Part shown: positions 28,527-38,614 of the stretch, piece by piece
Layout: each line of letters begins with the position of its first letter
How positions within the stretch are numbered: the first letter of the stretch is position 1
Origin: Candidatus Binatia bacterium
GTDB lineage: Bacteria > Desulfobacterota > Binatia > UBA9968 > CAXXLF01
Length of the DNA stretch: 64,000 nucleotides
Direction: 5' to 3'
Assembly (NCBI GenBank): GCA_963664015.2
Contig: CAXXLF010000001.1
Coordinates: forward strand, 384,001 to 448,000
Position numbers and translations under genes: made by a program
The notes under the pieces: model-generated
What the model was told of the DNA's origin: nothing
The model's database searches: none
What the model saw: the letters and a program-made list of their open reading frames with translations, nothing else

Positions 28527-29536
28527 TAGCTTTTCTCCGCTGAAAGTGAGGTGAACCAGGCTTTTGTTGCAGCCCGGACTGACGCTGCATCCCACAGCGG
28601 CGCGTTACGCCAGTAATCGATGTGTTCCATCATGGTTGCCACACCCTGCTCAAAGGAGATTGCCGGGGACCAGCCCAGCTGGGCGGTGATCTTAGAGATG
28701 TCGGCCCACGTACAATCGGGCTCCCCGGGCCGCTTGGGCAAATGCACGACATCCTCGCCACCCAAGAGTTCGACCAACCTGTTCACGGACTGAGGCGAAC
28801 CGGCACCGAGGTTATACACTTCTCCTTTACAGGTGGATATGGCCGCAAGCCAGAAGGCCCGCGCCACGTCCCTGGCAAAGACAAAATCCCGTGTTTGCGT
28901 TCCGTCCCCGACCAAGGTGAACGGCTTGCCGGCCAATTTCTGCTTGAGGAAGACACCGAAAACGGCCCCATAGGCCCCGCTGGTGCGGGACCGAGGACCG
29001 TACACATTGAACATACGAATAGATATCACAGGCAAGCGGTAAACCTGACCCCAATGGAAGACCGCCTCCTCTCCCAGATACTTACTGAGGGCATAAGGGT
29101 ATTGGAGGCTGATGGGGGCACTCTCTGTCGTCGGCAATTCCGTCGCTATCCCGTAACAAGACGAAGAAGCCGCATAGAGAAACTTTGCTACTCCCGCAGC
29201 CCGTGCGCCTTCCAATGCATGGACTGTCCCCATCACATTTGCGGAAAGATAATCGGCCGGCCGCTCGATGGAGGGGACAATATCTCCCATGCCGGCAAAG
29301 TGGAACACATAATCGGCATCCTTGAATAGACTGTCGTTCGAGCTCACTTCACGCAAATCGCGGGTGTCGATCCTCAAATTGGCGTTGGTCCTGTGGTGGG
29401 CCAAATTATCAAGGCGCCCGCTTGATAGGTTGTCGATCCCGTGTACACGGAGACCCTCCGCAAGAAGCAAATCGACCATATGGCTGCCAATGAATCCGGC
29501 CGCGCCCGTGACGACCCCCAGGGAACTCGTTTTCAT
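28526..29536 (-). CDS. NAD-dependent epimerase/dehydratase
   Basis: TGAAGFIG, AASSSCYG, YALSK, FNVYGPR. Confidence 0.9.
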   Translation of the reverse strand: MKTSSLGVVTGAAGFIGSHMVDLLLAEGLRVHGIDNLSSGRLDNLAHHRTNANLRIDTRDLREVSSNDSLFKDADYVFHFAGMGDIVPSIERPADYLSANVMGTVHALEGARAAGVAKFLYAASSSCYGIATELPTTESAPISLQYPYALSKYLGEEAVFHWGQVYRLPVISIRMFNVYGPRSRTSGAYGAVFGVFLKQKLAGKPFTLVGDGTQTRDFVFARDVARAFWLAAISTCKGEVYNLGAGSPQSVNRLVELLGGEDVVHLPKRPGEPDCTWADISKITAQLGWSPAISFEQGVATMMEHIDYWRNAPLWDAASVRAATKAWFTSLSAEKS

Positions 29537-30531
29537 TTCAAACCGAACCTCTTGACGGATTTAACGTTGTAATAACGGTCGTCGGTCAAGCTGTTGGGCA
29601 GCTTCCCAGTCTTGAAAGCCGCGCACAGGTCGCGGACCGCGTCTTCGACGGAGCGTTCGGGAATATATCCAAGTTTCTCGGCAATCTTACGGGAGGATAC
29701 ATGATAGGACCGCAAGTCATTGCTCGGGGTCGTCTCGATCTTGATCGGTGCCTTTTCCGGCAGTTCCCGATCGATGACTTTGCGAACCATTTCTGCAAGC
29801 TCGGAAACCGTATGGTTCTGGTAGGCGGCGTTGAAGATCTCCCCTGCAATCATCTGGTCCGGCAATTGCAGCAACTGCACATAGAGCTCCGCAATGTCCT
29901 CCACGTGAATGTTGGGTCGCTTTTGAGATCCGCCGAAAACCGTGATTTTTCCCTGATTGACGGCCAGGTTGGTCAGGATATTCACCGTGAGGTCCAACCT
30001 CATTCGCGGAGAATATCCACAGACAGTAGCCGGACGGATGACCACGGTGGTGAACTCGGGTGATTGATGCCGCAGGAGAATGGGCTCCGCAAGGCCCTTG
30101 TATTTGTTGTAGTCGGTCAGGGGAACCAGGGGAAAGTCCTCCGTGACTTCCGGTGCGTCGCTGACGCCGTAAACCGAGCTGGTCGACGCATAGATAAACC
30201 GCCTGACCCCGGCCGACTTGGCTGCCACCACCAGCGGCTCAAAGCAATCATAGTTGATGGCCTTACTTAAAGCCGAGTCCAGCTCGAAACTCGGGTCGTT
30301 GGAGAGACATGCCAAATGAATAACACTCTGAACACCTCGGACCGCATGGGAAAAGCTGGAGACGTCACGGATATCGCCGGTGACCACCTTGAGGCTCGGA
30401 TGAGACGGCAGGCCCTCCGCCCCAAACAACATCAGATCATAGACCACAACGGAATAACCGGAAGCCAGTAGTTTAGGAACCAGGACGCACCCCACATAGC
30501 CGGCGCCACCGGTTACAAGCACAGTTTCCAT
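29533..30531 (-). CDS. NAD-dependent epimerase/dehydratase
   Basis: TGGAGYVG, STSSVYG, YNKYK, RPATVCGYSPRMRLDL. Confidence 0.9.
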   Translation of the reverse strand: METVLVTGGAGYVGCVLVPKLLASGYSVVVYDLMLFGAEGLPSHPSLKVVTGDIRDVSSFSHAVRGVQSVIHLACLSNDPSFELDSALSKAINYDCFEPLVVAAKSAGVRRFIYASTSSVYGVSDAPEVTEDFPLVPLTDYNKYKGLAEPILLRHQSPEFTTVVIRPATVCGYSPRMRLDLTVNILTNLAVNQGKITVFGGSQKRPNIHVEDIAELYVQLLQLPDQMIAGEIFNAAYQNHTVSELAEMVRKVIDRELPEKAPIKIETTPSNDLRSYHVSSRKIAEKLGYIPERSVEDAVRDLCAAFKTGKLPNSLTDDRYYNVKSVKRFGLK

Positions 30532-30555
30532 TGATATCCTTTCTCCCAGACTTTT

Positions 30556-31272
30556 TTAAATGGAGTACCCGGCCTTGACCGCATCTTGCCGGAACATCTC
30601 TACCGTTTCGAGCGAGTAAACCAATAGGTCCTTACCGATGGTCGGCAATTTGGCGAGGAGATCATTGGTGACCGTGATAATATGGCAGCCGATAGCATCG
30701 GCCTGTAGAATATTCAACACTTCTCGGGGGCTAGCCCAGATCAATTCAAAATTGGGGTAGGGACGAAGAAGGTCGACACATTCCCTCATCAGCGGAATTG
30801 GGTCTCGACCGGTGTCCGCCACGCGGCCTGCAAACACAGAAATGAAGCTAGGCGTCTCGGGCGAAAGACAATCCGCTACCTGAGCAACCTGCCCCGGTGT
30901 CATCAAGGCTGTGACATTCAGTTTCACTCTATCCTTCGAAAGGCTCTTCATCAACGTTCCCGAAAATTCACCTCTGGTATTCGTAACCGGGATCTTCACG
31001 TAGACATTAGGTCCCCATTCAGCAATAAGGCGGGCCTGCTTCTCCATGTCCCCGAACTCGTCGGAAAATACTTCGAAGGAGACCGGCCGGTCCGTAATCA
31101 CGCGCAATACCTCCAGGGCAAAAGCCCGATAGTCCTTTACATCGGCCTTGCGCATCAGAGTCGGATTCGTCGTGAAGCCTTTAATGGAGGGATTCTTCGC
31201 CATCGCAAACATACCGGCAAGATCCGCCCCATCAGCAAAAATCTTAGTTTTCAAGTTAGCAATCGCATGCAT
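30556..31272 (-). CDS. tal: Transaldolase family (small TalC/FSA type; LmbR-like)
   Basis: FADGA, GFTTNPTL, YVKIP (Schiff-base Lys), NVTA, SVFAGR, WASPRE. Confidence 0.9.
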   Translation of the reverse strand: MHAIANLKTKIFADGADLAGMFAMAKNPSIKGFTTNPTLMRKADVKDYRAFALEVLRVITDRPVSFEVFSDEFGDMEKQARLIAEWGPNVYVKIPVTNTRGEFSGTLMKSLSKDRVKLNVTALMTPGQVAQVADCLSPETPSFISVFAGRVADTGRDPIPLMRECVDLLRPYPNFELIWASPREVLNILQADAIGCHIITVTNDLLAKLPTIGKDLLVYSLETVEMFRQDAVKAGYSI

Positions 31273-31293
31273 ATTACACTCACCGTGCATTCC

Positions 31294-31824
31294 TCAGAGC
31301 ATTGACGTAACAATCAACTGAGCCGCCTCAAACAGGGACGCCACTACGGCATCCGGATCCTTGGCCGTCCGCTCGGCATAGCCGTCTCCCACTAAAAGGG
31401 TCTTGCACCCGGCGGCGCGCCCAGCCTCTATGTCGCGCCAACGATCACCGACCATATACGACATACTTAAATTCAACGACCACTTTTCAGCGGCATCTAA
31501 GAGCATACCCGGTTTAGGCTTCCGGCACTCGCAGCCGTCGTCATCAACGTGATAGCAAACCTTTATCTCATCAATCGGAAGAACGCTCAAAATCTTTTCA
31601 TGCATGGCATCAACGACTTCTCGCCGTACTAAACCTTTTGCCACATCAGGTTGGTTGGTCACCACGATAACCCTAAGACCAGAACACCGAAGCGTGTGGA
31701 CCGCCTCCCTAACTCCCGGCAGGAATTCAAATTCCTCAAGGACAGTGGGCGCATACGGGCGACCTCCGCGCAACACAACGCGGTTGATCACGCCGTCACG
31801 ATCGAGGAAAACTGCCCGATTCAC
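31294..31824 (-). CDS. gmhB: GmhB-like sugar bisphosphate phosphatase (HAD-IIIA)
   Basis: FLDRDGVIN, VTNQPD, CECRKPKPGM, GDRWRDIEAG. Confidence 0.9.
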   Translation of the reverse strand: MNRAVFLDRDGVINRVVLRGGRPYAPTVLEEFEFLPGVREAVHTLRCSGLRVIVVTNQPDVAKGLVRREVVDAMHEKILSVLPIDEIKVCYHVDDDGCECRKPKPGMLLDAAEKWSLNLSMSYMVGDRWRDIEAGRAAGCKTLLVGDGYAERTAKDPDAVVASLFEAAQLIVTSML

Positions 31825-32441
31825 TCTGTTTTGGTCGTCCTGGCTTCAACCAACCCTTCCCATTTATAATTTCCCAGCATGAGATCAGGGTGCGAAACCA
31901 GACAATGCCAAACCACCGCCTGAAAGGACTCTGAGTGCGGAGTTACATGCGCCGGATCTACCGTCGGCAGGACAAGGACCTCATCACCAACCTTACGGGT
32001 ATATCCTCCGTCACGCCCCACGATGCCATAAATGACCACTCCACGGCGCTTGGCCTCATCCAAACCTCTCACGATATTTGGGCTCACGTTCTTATCCGCA
32101 TCCCCACCACCAACGGAGAGCACTAAGATAGCATCCTTTTCATTGGCCTTGCTCGTTTGCAGCCATGCCTCGAAGACCGAAGCCCAACCCTCGTCATTGG
32201 TTCTAGCGGTCAATTCGGCTACGTTATCGCAAGGACTGTATGCTTCAATACCAGCAAGCTTCCGGAAATCGCCTGCAGCATGACTACAATTTGCGGCGCT
32301 CCCGCCGACCCCAAGCAAGAAGAGCCGCCCGCCGCGCGCGCGGAGACTGACCAGCCCCACCACCATCCGGTCTAGGATTTCATAGTCGATCGCGAGGGCG
32401 ATCTGAGCAGCCTGTTCGAGATACTTCTGGGTGTGAGACAT
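31821..32441 (-). CDS. gmhA: SIS-domain phosphosugar isomerase (GmhA-like)
   Basis: GVGGSAANCSH, ELTARTNDEGW, LSVGGG, SPNIV, ESFQ..VWH. Confidence 0.85.
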   Translation of the reverse strand: MSHTQKYLEQAAQIALAIDYEILDRMVVGLVSLRARGGRLFLLGVGGSAANCSHAAGDFRKLAGIEAYSPCDNVAELTARTNDEGWASVFEAWLQTSKANEKDAILVLSVGGGDADKNVSPNIVRGLDEAKRRGVVIYGIVGRDGGYTRKVGDEVLVLPTVDPAHVTPHSESFQAVVWHCLVSHPDLMLGNYKWEGLVEARTTKTE

Positions 32442-32458
32442 TTCTGTAACGGGAGATT

Positions 32459-33655
32459 TTAGACCGCATTACGGGCTTTTTGGAAGACCCCGATCACCCG
32501 CTCCTGGTCGCAACGGCTCAAGTTGACCGAACTGGGGAGGCTTAATGAGTTGCGGTAAATGTTCGCCGCATTATCACACCGATAAGACTGGCATCCTTTA
32601 TGCGCCGGAGATAGATGTAGTGGCTGCCAGAGCGGTCTCGTTTCGACCCCAAACTTCGCAAAGCAGTTCATCAATCCGTTTCGATCCATTCCAAAACGTC
32701 CGCCATCGACTAAAACCGTATACATCCAAAAGGTGCCGGCGGCCCAGGGGGCCTCAGACATACCAGTCACACCAGGGATCGCAGGCAAGGCCATCATATA
32801 AGCTGAGGCGATGCTACGCTTAGCGGCAACGTAGTCCACTAATTTTTCCATCTGGGCACAGCCCAATGCGGCCTGGACATTGGTAAGCCGGTAGTTAAAC
32901 CCGATTTCATGATGAATATATTCGACGGGATCGTCTTTGGCCTGCGTTGTAAGGTATTTGGCCCTGCGGGCCCACTCGGCGCTCTCCGTAATTAACATTC
33001 CGCCGCCACCCGTCGTTATAATTTTGTTCCCATTAAAGCTGAGACAGGCAATATCCCCGAGACAACCGATCATTCGTCCTTTATAGCGCCCCCCCAGGCT
33101 TTCGGTGGCATCCTCAATAACCGCAAGCTCGTATTTGTGAGCCGCTTCCATAATGGGGTCCATGTCACAGGGATGACCGAGGATGTGAACCGGGAGGACG
33201 GCCTTGACTCTCCGGCCCGTTCTCTTATTGCGGAGCTCATGATTGTGCCACCGGCATTCGTTGTTCAGAAAATCCAGCAGCTTGTCGGGATCCATTTGCC
33301 AGTAATCAGGTTCGGCGTCCATGAAAACCGGCCAGGCCCCTATATATCGGGCCGCATTCGCAGGGGCGATAAAGCTCAACGCCGACATGACGACCTCGTC
33401 ATCGGGTTGGACACCCGCCACTACCAATGCGACATGAAGAGCCGCCGTCCCGCTCACCGTTGCCACCGAATGACTTGCACCCAGATAACCGGCCACCATT
33501 CGCTCGAAGCGATCGACGAAAGGACCCACGGAGGACACGAAATTCGTATCGAGACACTCCTTCACGTAATTCCATTCGTTGCCCCGGATCATCGGAACGC
33601 AAAGCGGTATCGGGCTCTCCGTGGCGGAAGAAAAAGGCTCAGGTAACGTAGACAC
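32459..33655 (-). CDS. legC: LegC-like PLP aminotransferase
   Basis: IPLCVP, VSSVGPFV, SGTAALH, EDATESLG, SFNGNKIITTGGGG. Confidence 0.85.
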   Translation of the reverse strand: MSTLPEPFSSATESPIPLCVPMIRGNEWNYVKECLDTNFVSSVGPFVDRFERMVAGYLGASHSVATVSGTAALHVALVVAGVQPDDEVVMSALSFIAPANAARYIGAWPVFMDAEPDYWQMDPDKLLDFLNNECRWHNHELRNKRTGRRVKAVLPVHILGHPCDMDPIMEAAHKYELAVIEDATESLGGRYKGRMIGCLGDIACLSFNGNKIITTGGGGMLITESAEWARRAKYLTTQAKDDPVEYIHHEIGFNYRLTNVQAALGCAQMEKLVDYVAAKRSIASAYMMALPAIPGVTGMSEAPWAAGTFWMYTVLVDGGRFGMDRNGLMNCFAKFGVETRPLWQPLHLSPAHKGCQSYRCDNAANIYRNSLSLPSSVNLSRCDQERVIGVFQKARNAV

Positions 33656-34625
33656 CGGGCCGGTACCTTTCTATATTTCTTTCCATCCACTGGATAGTGA
33701 GCCTCAGACCCTGCTCGAGGCTTACTTCCGGCGCCCACCGTAAAATCGTCCTGGCCAGAGTATTGTCGGCAAGCAACCGTTGAACTTCACTGGGCTCGGG
33801 GCGGAGACGCGCAGGGTCCGTGCGAACGACGATATGCTTGCCCATCAGGGAACCGATCAGCTGAGCCAGCTCACCGATACTGATCTCCCGTCCGGAACCC
33901 AGATTGATGGTCTTGCCGACGGCCTCAGGCACAGAAGCAGCCTTAACGAAACCATCCACGATATTGGTGACAAAGTTCAGGTCCCGCGTAGGTTCTAGAC
34001 TTCCGAGGCAAACAATGTCTCCCATGAGACACTGCATAATGATCGTCGGAATCACTGCGCGCGCCGATTGTCGCGGGCCAAAAGCGTTGAAGGGCCGCAC
34101 TGTTACAACCGGCAGGTCGAAGGCCAAATGAAAAGCCTCCGCCATCTTATCCGCCCCGATTTTCGATGCCGAATACGGCGATTGCCCCTTCAGCGAATGC
34201 CCCTCATTGATAGGAACAAAGCTGGCAGTTCCGTACACTTCGCTGGTCGACGTGTGAACCACGCGTTCGACACCGAGATCGTGGGCCGCCTGGAGGATAT
34301 TAAGCGTTCCTTCGATATTGGTCCTGACATAGGACAGAGGTGCATCATACGAGTAAGGGATCCCGATAAGTGCCGCTAGATGAAAAACAATCTGCATTCC
34401 CTGCATCGACCGGCGAACACAATCACCATCCCTGACGTCACCCAAAACGACCTCAATCTTGCTTTTCAGGTCGGACGCCTCCAAACATCCCCAGGAATTG
34501 TCGGATCGGTAATGGACCAAAGCGCGTGCGTCGGCCCCTAACTCGACAAGTCTCTCCGTCAGGTGACTTCCGATAAACCCGCCGGCACCGGTAACCAAAA
34601 CTCGTTTTCCACGAAGTCCAGACAT
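33639..34625 (-). CDS. legB: LegB-like NDP-GlcNAc 4,6-dehydratase
   Basis: TGAGGFIGSHL, HLAALIGIPYSY, TSTSEVYG, QSPYSASK, GPRQSARAVIP. Start taken at MSGLRG. Confidence 0.85.
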   Translation of the reverse strand: MSGLRGKRVLVTGAGGFIGSHLTERLVELGADARALVHYRSDNSWGCLEASDLKSKIEVVLGDVRDGDCVRRSMQGMQIVFHLAALIGIPYSYDAPLSYVRTNIEGTLNILQAAHDLGVERVVHTSTSEVYGTASFVPINEGHSLKGQSPYSASKIGADKMAEAFHLAFDLPVVTVRPFNAFGPRQSARAVIPTIIMQCLMGDIVCLGSLEPTRDLNFVTNIVDGFVKAASVPEAVGKTINLGSGREISIGELAQLIGSLMGKHIVVRTDPARLRPEPSEVQRLLADNTLARTILRWAPEVSLEQGLRLTIQWMERNIERYRPGVYVT

Positions 34626-34633
34626 AAAATAGG

Positions 34634-35671
34634 TTAGGAACCTCCTTGCTGCGCCTTCTTTAATTGCTCGCGCTGTCCGATATCCATCCATTCCTCCTGA
34701 ATCTCGAAAGCACCGATCGCCTCGCCGCGTGCCAAACATTGCTCAAAAAGATCGGTGATAGGGAGAAATCTCTTTGGGACGCTCTCAACGACCTCGGGAG
34801 AAAGAACGTAAACTCCTGCATTGATGACTTGTTCTAAGACTGGTTTTTCTTCAAAACGCTGAACGCGATCGCCGTCCAATTGCAGGCATCCAAAGGGAAC
34901 CTGATGGGAGTAACGCCGGACACCCAGTGTAGCGCGAAATTTCCCGTTCGTATGGAAATCCAGCATACTCTCTAAATTCACCTGGGTTACAAGATCTCCG
35001 TTAAGAATCACCAAGGGATTCTGCGGCCTTTCCCGCAACAAGGCCAATGCCCCTCCGGTCCCCAGGGGCTCGGCCTCACGTAGGTATTGGATGTCGCACC
35101 CGAACCGTGTGCCGTCTCCAAAATGCTGCTCAATCATGCATCCCATATAGTGGATAGCAAAAAACACTTTTTTGATTCCGAAACCCAGCAGGTGCAAAAG
35201 CAAGCGTTCTAGAATCGGCCTACCTGCAACCTTGATCATTGATTTGGGAAGGTGTTCCGTAAGCGGATGAAGTCGTGATCCTCTGCCGCCCGCCATAACA
35301 ACGGCCCAATTGGGACGCTCAACCGTACCAATAATCTCACGCAATAAATGCAAGCCCAAAATCCTTCCCGCCCTGTCGACAATGGGCACCTGGGTCAACT
35401 GCCGAGCCTGCATTAAATCGAGTACTTCCGCACGACCCGATTCGGGACCGACCACTGCAAAATCTCGCTGAAGGTGGGGGACCGATGGCGAATCCAAAGA
35501 GGCTCCGTTTAATAGCGCGCGACGAATATCACCATCGGTGAGCGTACCGATTAGAAGAGATTTTTTATCTACGACTAACACGATGCCCGCCGAGTTTCGG
35601 TCAATACAGGCCATCGCCTCTCGTATGGAATTGTCAGCTGGGACACATATAGCCGAAAGATCTGTAATCAT
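34634..35671 (-). CDS. CBS-domain nucleotidyltransferase (PtmE-like)
   Basis: N-terminal CBS pair (GTLTDGDIRRALL), then MAGGRGSRL, PLGTGG, NGDL, EEKP, WMDIG. Confidence 0.85.
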   Translation of the reverse strand: MITDLSAICVPADNSIREAMACIDRNSAGIVLVVDKKSLLIGTLTDGDIRRALLNGASLDSPSVPHLQRDFAVVGPESGRAEVLDLMQARQLTQVPIVDRAGRILGLHLLREIIGTVERPNWAVVMAGGRGSRLHPLTEHLPKSMIKVAGRPILERLLLHLLGFGIKKVFFAIHYMGCMIEQHFGDGTRFGCDIQYLREAEPLGTGGALALLRERPQNPLVILNGDLVTQVNLESMLDFHTNGKFRATLGVRRYSHQVPFGCLQLDGDRVQRFEEKPVLEQVINAGVYVLSPEVVESVPKRFLPITDLFEQCLARGEAIGAFEIQEEWMDIGQREQLKKAQQGGS

Positions 35672-35793
35672 CGAAATTCAGAGACGATACGCCTCTCGAT
35701 CAAAAATGACTGAATGATAAGAGTCGCGACCGAATAGGACCGGGTGTCACTTAAGTTTGGGATGAAGATGCAAATAAAGCCAGGGTCAACAAG

Positions 35794-36996
35794 TTAGGAG
35801 ACTTGGTTTCGTAGGCTCCACTTACTGTTAACCCGCTCCCAAAGATGGGGGGAGCGATAGAGGTCAACGATACGATGAAATTCCTGGTCCGAAATACCAA
35901 CATACTCCAAACATTTTTGAAAATGGTGGCTTGGAAACTCACCATCGAATCGTCGAATCAGATTAACGGCTTCTTCTCGCGTGAGGTGACCGTCGCGCAC
36001 TTCGTGTGCCGCATCTGAAGTGCACCGGCCGACACCGAACTTTATAAAGGCAAGATAATAATGCCAGCCGTCTAACTTATCGTCCAGGCTTGCATACTTA
36101 GAATAAGTCCCCTCCGAACGCCCCTCGGAGTTGGCTTGGAACCCTGCATGTTCGGTGGCATAATAATAATTTTCCTGAGGCACCCATTTTTGGTAATAAG
36201 AGAACCAGTGCATCTGGACGCCTCTACCCCGCAGAGCTGAAATCTCCGGCGGCTGGTAGAAGGTTAAATCGCTAGGAGACTGATCCCCATCACTCAGTAA
36301 CCCTCGTTGCTGTCCCCATTGAATCAGATCATGTACAGTCACACCCTTGAAGTAAACTTCCGCCCAATCTTCCAAAGGCATGCTCGAGCTATAATTATGC
36401 TTTGAAGCGCCCCCATATTCCGCTTCGCCGTTCTCTCCAAAAAAGACCAACTGGATGTCGTGTTGAAGCGCAACGTGGAACGCAAAACACATCTGGCCAT
36501 AGATAAACGGGAGAAACACGTCACCCACAGCCTCGAAAGCAACGCGAGCCAACTTACGATGCAGATGGCCATTAGGCGATCCCTTTATATTTGTAAAGCC
36601 TGAAAGGACGAAATTTTCGTAGTTGATCCGGCCGATATCCGTATACATAAAGGGTGCCCAGGTCACTGTCAGCGGGTGCATACGGAAAACATGTTTGAGC
36701 TTATGAGCTACCATGGTGGAATCCTTGCCCCCGCTGCAAGGGACAATAACGTCATAACGACCGTCGCTACGGCGATATTGATCGCAGAGTCTCCTCAATT
36801 CCTCTTCGCGATCTCCCCAAACAATCCGATGCTGTTTTTCCTGCGCGAAACGGCAGGCACTGCACACGCCGTGTTCATCAAAGGTGATACGCGGCCTCTG
36901 ATTTGACATAACGCAACTTCGACAAAAACGCACCTCCCTGGGTTGATTATGAAGTTGACTGTCGATCGTATCCCGGATTTTATCCATGGCACTCAA
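35794..36996 (-). CDS. N-acetyl sugar amidotransferase (WbuX/PseA-like)
   Basis: CRSCVMSNQRP, CSAC, SGGKDS PP-loop, YASLDDK, KFGVGR. Confidence 0.9.
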   Translation of the reverse strand: MSAMDKIRDTIDSQLHNQPREVRFCRSCVMSNQRPRITFDEHGVCSACRFAQEKQHRIVWGDREEELRRLCDQYRRSDGRYDVIVPCSGGKDSTMVAHKLKHVFRMHPLTVTWAPFMYTDIGRINYENFVLSGFTNIKGSPNGHLHRKLARVAFEAVGDVFLPFIYGQMCFAFHVALQHDIQLVFFGENGEAEYGGASKHNYSSSMPLEDWAEVYFKGVTVHDLIQWGQQRGLLSDGDQSPSDLTFYQPPEISALRGRGVQMHWFSYYQKWVPQENYYYATEHAGFQANSEGRSEGTYSKYASLDDKLDGWHYYLAFIKFGVGRCTSDAAHEVRDGHLTREEAVNLIRRFDGEFPSHHFQKCLEYVGISDQEFHRIVDLYRSPHLWERVNSKWSLRNQVS

Positions 36997-37687
36997 CTCC
37001 CTTTGAAGTTAGGACCGAATGTGTCAGATTGCGATAAATTTGCAGGCCCGCCACCCCACTCCGTTCGGGATGGAACTGGCAGGCAAAGACGTTTCGCCTT
37101 TGGAGACTTGAGCAAAATTCGATATGACCGTAACGAGAGGTGGACAGAACAACGGAGGGGTCCGTAGGGCGAACGTAAAAGGAATGAACAAAATAAAAGA
37201 ATTCTCCTTCCCCCAGCCCCCCTAAAGGTGTGTCGATCCAGACATCATGTTCGACCGTCCCACAGTCTGAGCGAAAAATTTGATTCCACTGCACTTGGGG
37301 TACTTTAAGGACGCGATTTCCCTCGGAAGGAGACTCAAACGGTAATACCGAGCCCTCAATGATATCCAAGCCTCGGTGAAGACCGAACTCGGAACTCTCA
37401 CTCATCAGCAACTGGGTCCCGAGGCAGATGCCTACCAATGGCTTACCGGACTCGGCGATGTCCTGCAAGACACTGACCAGATTGAGCCGGCGAAGCGTCG
37501 CCATAGCATCACCGAAAGCTCCAACACCGGGAAGAATAACCACGTCTGCCTTAAGAATGTCCTCCTTTTGGGAACTCATAACCACATCCATGCCGGCGTA
37601 CTCGCAGGCGCGCCCTACATTAAAAAGATTGCCGAGACCGTAGTCCACGACCGTAGCCTTAACTTTTCCCCCTGGGGGCCCCATCAT
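36980..37687 (-). CDS. hisH: HisH-like glutamine amidotransferase (glycan-locus paralogue, WbuY-like)
   Basis: DYGLGNL, LPGVGAF, GICLG, YFVHS, QFHPERS. Confidence 0.9.
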   Translation of the reverse strand: MMGPPGGKVKATVVDYGLGNLFNVGRACEYAGMDVVMSSQKEDILKADVVILPGVGAFGDAMATLRRLNLVSVLQDIAESGKPLVGICLGTQLLMSESSEFGLHRGLDIIEGSVLPFESPSEGNRVLKVPQVQWNQIFRSDCGTVEHDVWIDTPLGGLGEGEFFYFVHSFYVRPTDPSVVLSTSRYGHIEFCSSLQRRNVFACQFHPERSGVAGLQIYRNLTHSVLTSKGVECHG

Positions 37688-37718
37688 GATGCCTCAACCT
37701 TTGGAAACCCGCCGAAAG

Positions 37719-38576
37719 TTACCGGCGGCAACTGGTACCGTGCCCGATGAGGTATTCCTTGATCTCGGGAAGCGTAGTCTCTTTGAGGTTACGAAAACTA
37801 CCCCTGCTACGCAGGTATTCGATATTCCCTTCTCTAGCAAAATCGCTTTCCTGATACTCGTTTTGCTTAAGGTATTGATAGTGAATCAGGGAACCGATAC
37901 AAACGGCATCCGCACGCCCCTCAACGACTGCTTCCTGAATATGGGATAAATTGCCGGCTCCTCCAGCTGAGATCACCGGGATGGGAACCGAGTCGGCAAC
38001 CTTTCGCGTCAACTCCAGCTCAAACCCCCTCCCGGTACCATCCCGGTCGATAGAGGTGAGCAAAAGCTCTCCAGCACCCAAATCCGCCGCCCGCTTCGCC
38101 CAATCTACAGCATCCAGGCCAGTACTCTGTCGCCCATAATCCACGTAGGCCTCGTAGGTGCCGTTTGGTTTTCGGATCGCCTCGACCGAAACGACGATCG
38201 TCGACGAACCGAAAGTCTGCGAGGCTTCCCGAATCAGTTCAGGTCGGCTTATCGCCGCCGTATTCATAGAAACCTTGTCTGCCCCGGCTCGCAAGACCCT
38301 GCGTATGTCTTCGACACTCCGCAATCCTCCGCCGACGGTAAGAGGGATGAAAATTTTCGCCGAAGTACGTTCTACTATGTCGAGTAGGCTATTCCGTCCG
38401 TAAAGACTGGCGACGGCATCGATATAAATCAACTCATCGGCGCCATCCACGTAATAGTGGTGGGCAAAATCCTCAGGTTTGCCCAAGACCCTTAGCCCTT
38501 CGAAATGAACACCCTTCACCAGATTGGGTCCTTTGATATCTAGACGTGGAATAATACGGATATTCACTTTTAGCAC
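37719..38576 (-). CDS. hisF: HisF-like cyclase (glycan-locus paralogue, WbuZ-like)
   Basis: RIIPRLDIKGPNLVKG, GADEL, TVGGG, GADKV, TSIDRDGT. Confidence 0.9.
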   Translation of the reverse strand: MLKVNIRIIPRLDIKGPNLVKGVHFEGLRVLGKPEDFAHHYYVDGADELIYIDAVASLYGRNSLLDIVERTSAKIFIPLTVGGGLRSVEDIRRVLRAGADKVSMNTAAISRPELIREASQTFGSSTIVVSVEAIRKPNGTYEAYVDYGRQSTGLDAVDWAKRAADLGAGELLLTSIDRDGTGRGFELELTRKVADSVPIPVISAGGAGNLSHIQEAVVEGRADAVCIGSLIHYQYLKQNEYQESDFAREGNIEYLRSRGSFRNLKETTLPEIKEYLIGHGTSCRR

Positions 38577-38614
38577 CTCGGTTTATTTGTGAATCGGGCA
38601 AGCGTTCTGCTTCC

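Noticed and set aside
36980-38576. Histidine biosynthesis operon
   Set aside because: Only hisH/hisF paralogues are present, coupled to a WbuX-like amidotransferase; this is a known glycan-modification arrangement.
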